DNA of 62,387 nucleotides, the filler included. It is 7 parts of 7 records of this genome, joined end to end, with 100 filler letters (N's around TTAATTAATTAA, not from the genome) between each part and the next. Parts side by side here need not be neighbours in the genome. Positions count along the whole stretch, not along the records: positions 54,244 to 62,387 come from DRR723986_25313; 6 more parts are not named here. One strand, given 5' to 3'. Shown here piece by piece: positions 57,873 through 62,387 of the stretch (its first letter is position 1; every line of letters starts with the position of its first letter). The notes under the pieces are model-generated. The model was not told the origin of the DNA, ran no database searches, and saw nothing but the letters and a program-made list of their open reading frames with translations. The position numbers were made by a program, and so were the translations under genes.

Positions 57873-58937
57873 ATGTTTGAAATGTTGGCCGAACAGGGCG
57901 GTATTTTTAATCTGTTCAACTATTTGACTTTCAGGACAGGTGGTGCGGTTCTGACTTCTATGTTGATTTGCTTTTTTGCCGGACCAAGCATCATTACATG
58001 GCTGAAATCAAAGCAGAAAAAAGGTCAGCCTATCCGGGATGACGGCCCGCAAAGCCACATTGTCGCCAAAGCAGGCACGCCGACTATGGGTGGCTTTATG
58101 ATTTTGCTTGGTCTGTTGGTGTCAACTTTGTTGTGGGCTGATCTAGAAAACCCTTTCGTTTGGGCCGTATTGGGTGTGACCTTGAGTTTTGGCGCCATCG
58201 GTTTTGTTGATGATTACCTTAAAGTAACGCGCGCATCTTCTGCTGGTGTACCGGGGAAGCTAAAGTTTGCCATTGAGCTGGCCATTGGCCTTGCTGTGGC
58301 TTGGTGGTTGGCCAGATTAGTTGAGCCAACACTCGCGCTGCCCTTTGTCAAAACGATGGTGGTGAATTTAGGTATTTTCTATTTGCCTTTCGCTTGCCTA
58401 GTGATGGTTTGGGCCGGAAATGCCGTAAACCTGACTGATGGGTTGGATGGCCTTGCCATTGTGCCTGTTATGATTGCTGCAAGTGCTTTCGGTTTGATTG
58501 CCTACTTGGTGGGTAACATTGTTTTCAGCGGATATTTGGGCATTACATATGTGGCGGGATCTGGCGAACTTGCAGTTTTGTGCGGCGCAATTATCGGCGC
58601 CAGCCTTGGGTTTTTGTGGTTCAACGCCCCCCCTGCAATGATTTTCATGGGCGACACCGGTTCGCTTGCCCTGGGTGGTGCGCTTGGCACTATGGCGGTG
58701 ATTACCAAGCATGAAATTGTGCTTGGTATTATTGGCGGCCTGTTCTGGCTAGAGACCATCTCTGTCATTGTGCAGGTATTGTCATTCAAACTAACTGGAA
58801 AGCGGGTGTTTCGCATGGCACCATTGCACCACCACTACGAACAAAAAGGCTGGGCTGAGCCCACTATCGTAATCCGGTTCTGGATCATTGCTGTCATTTT
58901 GGCCTTGGTTGGCCTTGCAACATTGAAGTTGAGGTAA
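57873..58937 (+). CDS. mraY: Phospho-MurNAc-pentapeptide transferase
   Basis: [32 protein letters not shown] and APLHHH. Confidence 0.97.
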   Translation: MFEMLAEQGGIFNLFNYLTFRTGGAVLTSMLICFFAGPSIITWLKSKQKKGQPIRDDGPQSHIVAKAGTPTMGGFMILLGLLVSTLLWADLENPFVWAVLGVTLSFGAIGFVDDYLKVTRASSAGVPGKLKFAIELAIGLAVAWWLARLVEPTLALPFVKTMVVNLGIFYLPFACLVMVWAGNAVNLTDGLDGLAIVPVMIAASAFGLIAYLVGNIVFSGYLGITYVAGSGELAVLCGAIIGASLGFLWFNAPPAMIFMGDTGSLALGGALGTMAVITKHEIVLGIIGGLFWLETISVIVQVLSFKLTGKRVFRMAPLHHHYEQKGWAEPTIVIRFWIIAVILALVGLATLKLR

Positions 58938-58946
58938 CGGCGGAAC

Positions 58947-60305
58947 GTGATCACGGCACCCACATATCAGAATAAACAAATTGGCGTTTTCGGCCTTGCC
59001 CGCTCAGGCTTGGCGACAGTGCATACACTTGTGGCATCTGGTGCGCAGGTTTTCGCGTGGGATGACAAGCCCGAAGCCCGTGAGCCGGTTATCGGATGCA
59101 CGGCAGATTTATACACCATGGACTTTGGCAGGTTGGATGCATTGGTTTTGGCCCCCGGTGTGCCCTTAACTCATCCAGAACCACATCCGCTGGTGCAAAA
59201 AGCGAATAAAAGCGGTGTGCCAATCATCAGTGATATTGAAATTTTTCAGGCTGCACGAACGGCTCTCCCTGCCCATAAAACCATTGGCATTACAGGTACG
59301 AACGGCAAATCAACAACCACCGCCTTGATTGGGCATATTTTGGCATCTGCAGGTTTTAAAGTTGCTGTTGGCGGCAATATTGGCACTGGTGTTTTGGCGC
59401 TTGAGCCTATGGCAAGCGGCGGTATTTATGTGTTTGAGCTTTCGTCGTTTCAGTTGGATTTAACAAGCTCGTTTAATAGTGATGTGGCAGTCCTTCTGAA
59501 TATTTCGCCTGATCATCTTGATAGGCATGGCTCAATGGCTGGATATATTGCCGCAAAATCCAGATTGATCGAACAGCAAGACGCAAACGGCACAGCTGTT
59601 ATTGCGGTTGATGATCAGCCTTGCCGAGATGTTGCCGAAAAGTGCCAATCAGTTGTTTTGGTGTCAGGTCAGGGTGAATTGGAGGCCGGTGTTTCCGTGA
59701 AAGACGGCCTGCTTATCGACGACATAGATCAGCAAACGATTGAAGTGGGATCTCTGCTTGATGTTCAAAGTTTGCAGGGGTCTCATAATTGGCAAAATGC
59801 AGCGGCAGCATATGGTGCGTGCCGCACATTGGGCATGACCCCGGCAGATATATACGCGGGCCTGTGCAGTTTTCCCGGGTTGGAGCATCGCCAGGAGATT
59901 GTTTCAAACAATGCCAACCTGACGGTTGTGAACGATTCAAAGGCGACAAATGTTGATGCGGCGGCACGAGCGCTGCAAACATTTGATAGAATTCGCTGGA
60001 TTGCCGGTGGCCGAGCCAAAGATGATGATTTTAAAGACTTGGCGGACGCTGTGGCGTCAGTGAGAAAAGCCTATCTGATGGGTGAAGCGGGCCGCGCCAT
60101 AGGCGATGCGATGCCAGCTTCTTTGTCCAGCGAATATTACCCAACCATGATTGATGCGCTTACTGCAGCAATTGATGAGGCAGAGGTAGGCGATACGGTT
60201 TTGCTATCTCCAGCCTGCACAGCGTTTGATCAATTTAATAATTTTGAGCACCGCGGAGATGTGTTCAAGAAAACAGCCTCTCAGCTGCTAGGGGATGCCG
60301 CATGA
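58947..60305 (+). CDS. murD: UDP-MurNAc-L-Ala:D-Glu ligase
   Basis: GLARSG, TGTNGKSTT, ELSSFQL and NDSKATN. Confidence 0.97.
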   Translation: MITAPTYQNKQIGVFGLARSGLATVHTLVASGAQVFAWDDKPEAREPVIGCTADLYTMDFGRLDALVLAPGVPLTHPEPHPLVQKANKSGVPIISDIEIFQAARTALPAHKTIGITGTNGKSTTTALIGHILASAGFKVAVGGNIGTGVLALEPMASGGIYVFELSSFQLDLTSSFNSDVAVLLNISPDHLDRHGSMAGYIAAKSRLIEQQDANGTAVIAVDDQPCRDVAEKCQSVVLVSGQGELEAGVSVKDGLLIDDIDQQTIEVGSLLDVQSLQGSHNWQNAAAAYGACRTLGMTPADIYAGLCSFPGLEHRQEIVSNNANLTVVNDSKATNVDAAARALQTFDRIRWIAGGRAKDDDFKDLADAVASVRKAYLMGEAGRAIGDAMPASLSSEYYPTMIDALTAAIDEAEVGDTVLLSPACTAFDQFNNFEHRGDVFKKTASQLLGDAA

Positions 60306-61453
60306 TTGCTTTTTCGCGCAATGACAATTCGTTGCTCTCTAAATGGTGGTGGACTGTTGACCGTTGGATGTTGGTGCTCATTGTAGCCCTTACAATGGTT
60401 GGTATTTGGATGGCCTTGACCGCTAGCCCCGCTGTGGCGGAGCGCATTGGCTTGGGATCATTTCATTTTGTTAAAAAGCAATTGGTTTTCCTCACGCTTG
60501 GCATGGGTGTGGTTGTGTTTATCTCCATGTTGTCGTCCGCCATGATCAGGCGGATAGCTGTTATTGGGTTTCCCATAAGTTTGCTGTTGGTTATTGCCAC
60601 ACTGGTAATTGGTCCAGAAATTAAAGGGGCCACACGGTGGTTACCGCTTGGTATTTTTACACTGCAGCCCAGTGAATTTTTAAAACCTTTCTTTATTGTA
60701 ACGACCGCTTGGATATTGTCTGCGCATTTTAATGAAGAAGAAATTCCTGCCAAACGGGTTGCAACCGCCTTGTACCTGTTTGTTGTTGCGCTGCTGGTAT
60801 TGCAACCAGATTTTGGTCAAACGGTGTTGATAAGCGCTGTTTGGATTTCCCAAATGGCGCTGGCGGGCTTACCTTTGATGTGGCTTTCCCTTGCGGGCGT
60901 TGTAGCCCTCATGGGCCTTGGCCTTGGCTATGCCTTTTTGCCGCATGTGGCCAGTCGTATTGATCGGTTTATCAACCCGGCGAGCGGCGATACATTTCAA
61001 ACGGATAAAGCCATACAAGCATTCGAGTCTGGCGGTATGCTGGGCAAAGGGCCGGGCGAGGGCGCGGTGAAATTAAACCTGCCAGATGCGCATGCAGATT
61101 ATATCTTTGCTGTTATTGGAGAAGAGTTCGGCGCTATTGCATGTGTGATGCTGTTGTTGCTCTTTGCCGGTGTTGTTATGCGCGGTTTGTCAAACTTGAT
61201 TGAAGAGGAAAACCCTTTTCGCCTTCTGGCGGCTGCTGGGTTAATCATTCAGTTTGGGCTGCAAACCCTCATTAATGTGGGCGTGAATTTGGCTTTGCTG
61301 CCTTCTAAAGGCATGACGTTGCCATTTGTTTCCTATGGCGGGTCTTCAATGCTGGCGCTCGCTGTTGGAATGGGCATGGTGTTGGCATTAACCCGCAGAA
61401 ATCGGTTCATTCAATCAAAAGTCGACCCTCTTGGGTGGAAGGCCGCAGAATGA
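60302..61453 (+). CDS. ftsW: SEDS peptidoglycan polymerase FtsW
   Basis: KGATRW, QPSEFLK, QPDFG, DAHADYIF and LPFVSYGGSS. Confidence 0.96.
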   Translation: MIAFSRNDNSLLSKWWWTVDRWMLVLIVALTMVGIWMALTASPAVAERIGLGSFHFVKKQLVFLTLGMGVVVFISMLSSAMIRRIAVIGFPISLLLVIATLVIGPEIKGATRWLPLGIFTLQPSEFLKPFFIVTTAWILSAHFNEEEIPAKRVATALYLFVVALLVLQPDFGQTVLISAVWISQMALAGLPLMWLSLAGVVALMGLGLGYAFLPHVASRIDRFINPASGDTFQTDKAIQAFESGGMLGKGPGEGAVKLNLPDAHADYIFAVIGEEFGAIACVMLLLLFAGVVMRGLSNLIEEENPFRLLAAAGLIIQFGLQTLINVGVNLALLPSKGMTLPFVSYGGSSMLALAVGMGMVLALTRRNRFIQSKVDPLGWKAAE

Positions 61454-62387
61454 GTAATGCCCCCCATATAATTTTGGCGTGCGGCGGTACAGGCGGCCAT
61501 ATGATGCCAGCCGAGGCCGTGGCGGACAAGCTAGCGAAAGCACATTATGACATCACGCTTGTCACGGACCGGCGCGGCGAATCTATCAGCAATGTATTTA
61601 AAGATTTTGATCGTTATGTTCTGGGGGCCAGCAGCCATATGTCTGGTGGATTACTGGGCAAGATAAAATCTGTTTTCAGTATTTTGTCCAGCACCATCAA
61701 GGTTCGCGCTTTGTTTGGTCAGAAGAAGCCTGCAGTTGTTGTTGGCTTTGGCGGCTACCCGTCACTTCCGGCTGTGCTCGCGGCACGGATGATGGGCATT
61801 CCGTATGTGTTGCACGAGCAAAATGCTGTCCTTGGTAGGGTGAACCGTTTGATGGCAAGCCGCTGCGAACTGCTTGCGCTTAGCGTTGAAAATACTGAAA
61901 GGGTGCCAGCAGGCGTGAAAACTGTTGTTTCTGGCAACCCTGTTCGCACGTTACTGGCCAGTTTGGCTAACATTGCGTATGCCGTGCCCATGGGGGGCGG
62001 TGATATTCGTATGTTAATATTGGGAGGTAGTCAGGGTGCGCGCATATTATCGGACGTTGTACCCGCGGCTCTTGATAAACTGGGCGACCAGTACCGTGAC
62101 CAGCTAGATATAACCCATCAGGCGCGCCTAGAAGACGTTGAGCGAGTGCAAACCTCATATCAAAACGCAAATATCCGCGCTGAAGTTAAGCCCTATTTTG
62201 ATGATGTTGCTGGCTTGTTGCTGAAATCCCAGTTGGTTATCTCGCGTGCGGGTGCCTCTACGCTTGCCGAACTCACCGCCATGGGTCGCCCAGCTATATT
62301 AGTGCCACTGGCTATCGCAGCCGATGATCACCAAACCGCAAACGCGGCCAGAGTTGAAGAAGTCGGCGGCGGTTGGGTTATCGCGGA
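61450..62387 (+). CDS. murG: MurG glycosyltransferase (3'-truncated, absent from the ORF track)
   Basis: MSNAPHIILACGGTGGHMMPA, GFGGYPS, HEQN, GNPVR, GGSQGA and RAGAST. Confidence 0.95.
   Translation, partial: MSNAPHIILACGGTGGHMMPAEAVADKLAKAHYDITLVTDRRGESISNVFKDFDRYVLGASSHMSGGLLGKIKSVFSILSSTIKVRALFGQKKPAVVVGFGGYPSLPAVLAARMMGIPYVLHEQNAVLGRVNRLMASRCELLALSVENTERVPAGVKTVVSGNPVRTLLASLANIAYAVPMGGGDIRMLILGGSQGARILSDVVPAALDKLGDQYRDQLDITHQARLEDVERVQTSYQNANIRAEVKPYFDDVAGLLLKSQLVISRAGASTLAELTAMGRPAILVPLAIAADDHQTANAARVEEVGGGWVIA

Overview
The window is not one genomic locus. It holds seven unrelated contigs joined by six 100-nt N spacers containing TTAATTAATTAA, so no gene context was inferred across spacers. 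Taxonomic labels below are impressions from gene content and codon style. (1) 1-8486, probably FCB-group: an exported TPR-CHAT protein that appears to lack the catalytic Cys, an overlapping 517-aa helical protein, a divergent 72-aa exported protein, a three-unit structured non-coding repeat, and batB/batC-like genes. (2) 8587-16730, Marinobacter-like gammaproteobacterium: rpsI end, petABC, sspAB, a degenerate diaA/gmhA homologue, yraN, lpoA, rsmI and a partial rnpB. (3) 16831-27073, unidentified bacterium: a response regulator with a sigma-54 promoter, a REC-PAS-GAF histidine kinase, an NtrC-type activator, a DinB-like gene, two paralogous exported CxxxCxxC proteins with a duplicated leader, and three paralogous exported proteins with 20 invariant Cys. 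(4) 27174-35317, Roseobacter-like: enoyl-CoA hydratase/FadN-type gene, IclR, a small methyltransferase and a peptide/nickel-family ABC operon. (5) 35418-42863, Algoriphagus-like: fur, SRPBCC, a CoxIII-like gene and at least six tandem DUF4221-like lipoproteins. (6) 42964-54143, Flavobacteriales-like: two repeat lipoproteins (FSEDWDNW x6), a cysteine dioxygenase-like gene, a CotH-T9SS protein, split metH and a QueF homologue lacking the catalytic Cys. (7) 54244-62387, alphaproteobacterial dcw cluster lacking murF. The best candidates for undescribed biology are the contig-1 pseudo-CHAT/peptide/RNA-array module, the 20-Cys secreted family, the six-fold repeat putative tubby-like barrel and the Cys-less QueF.
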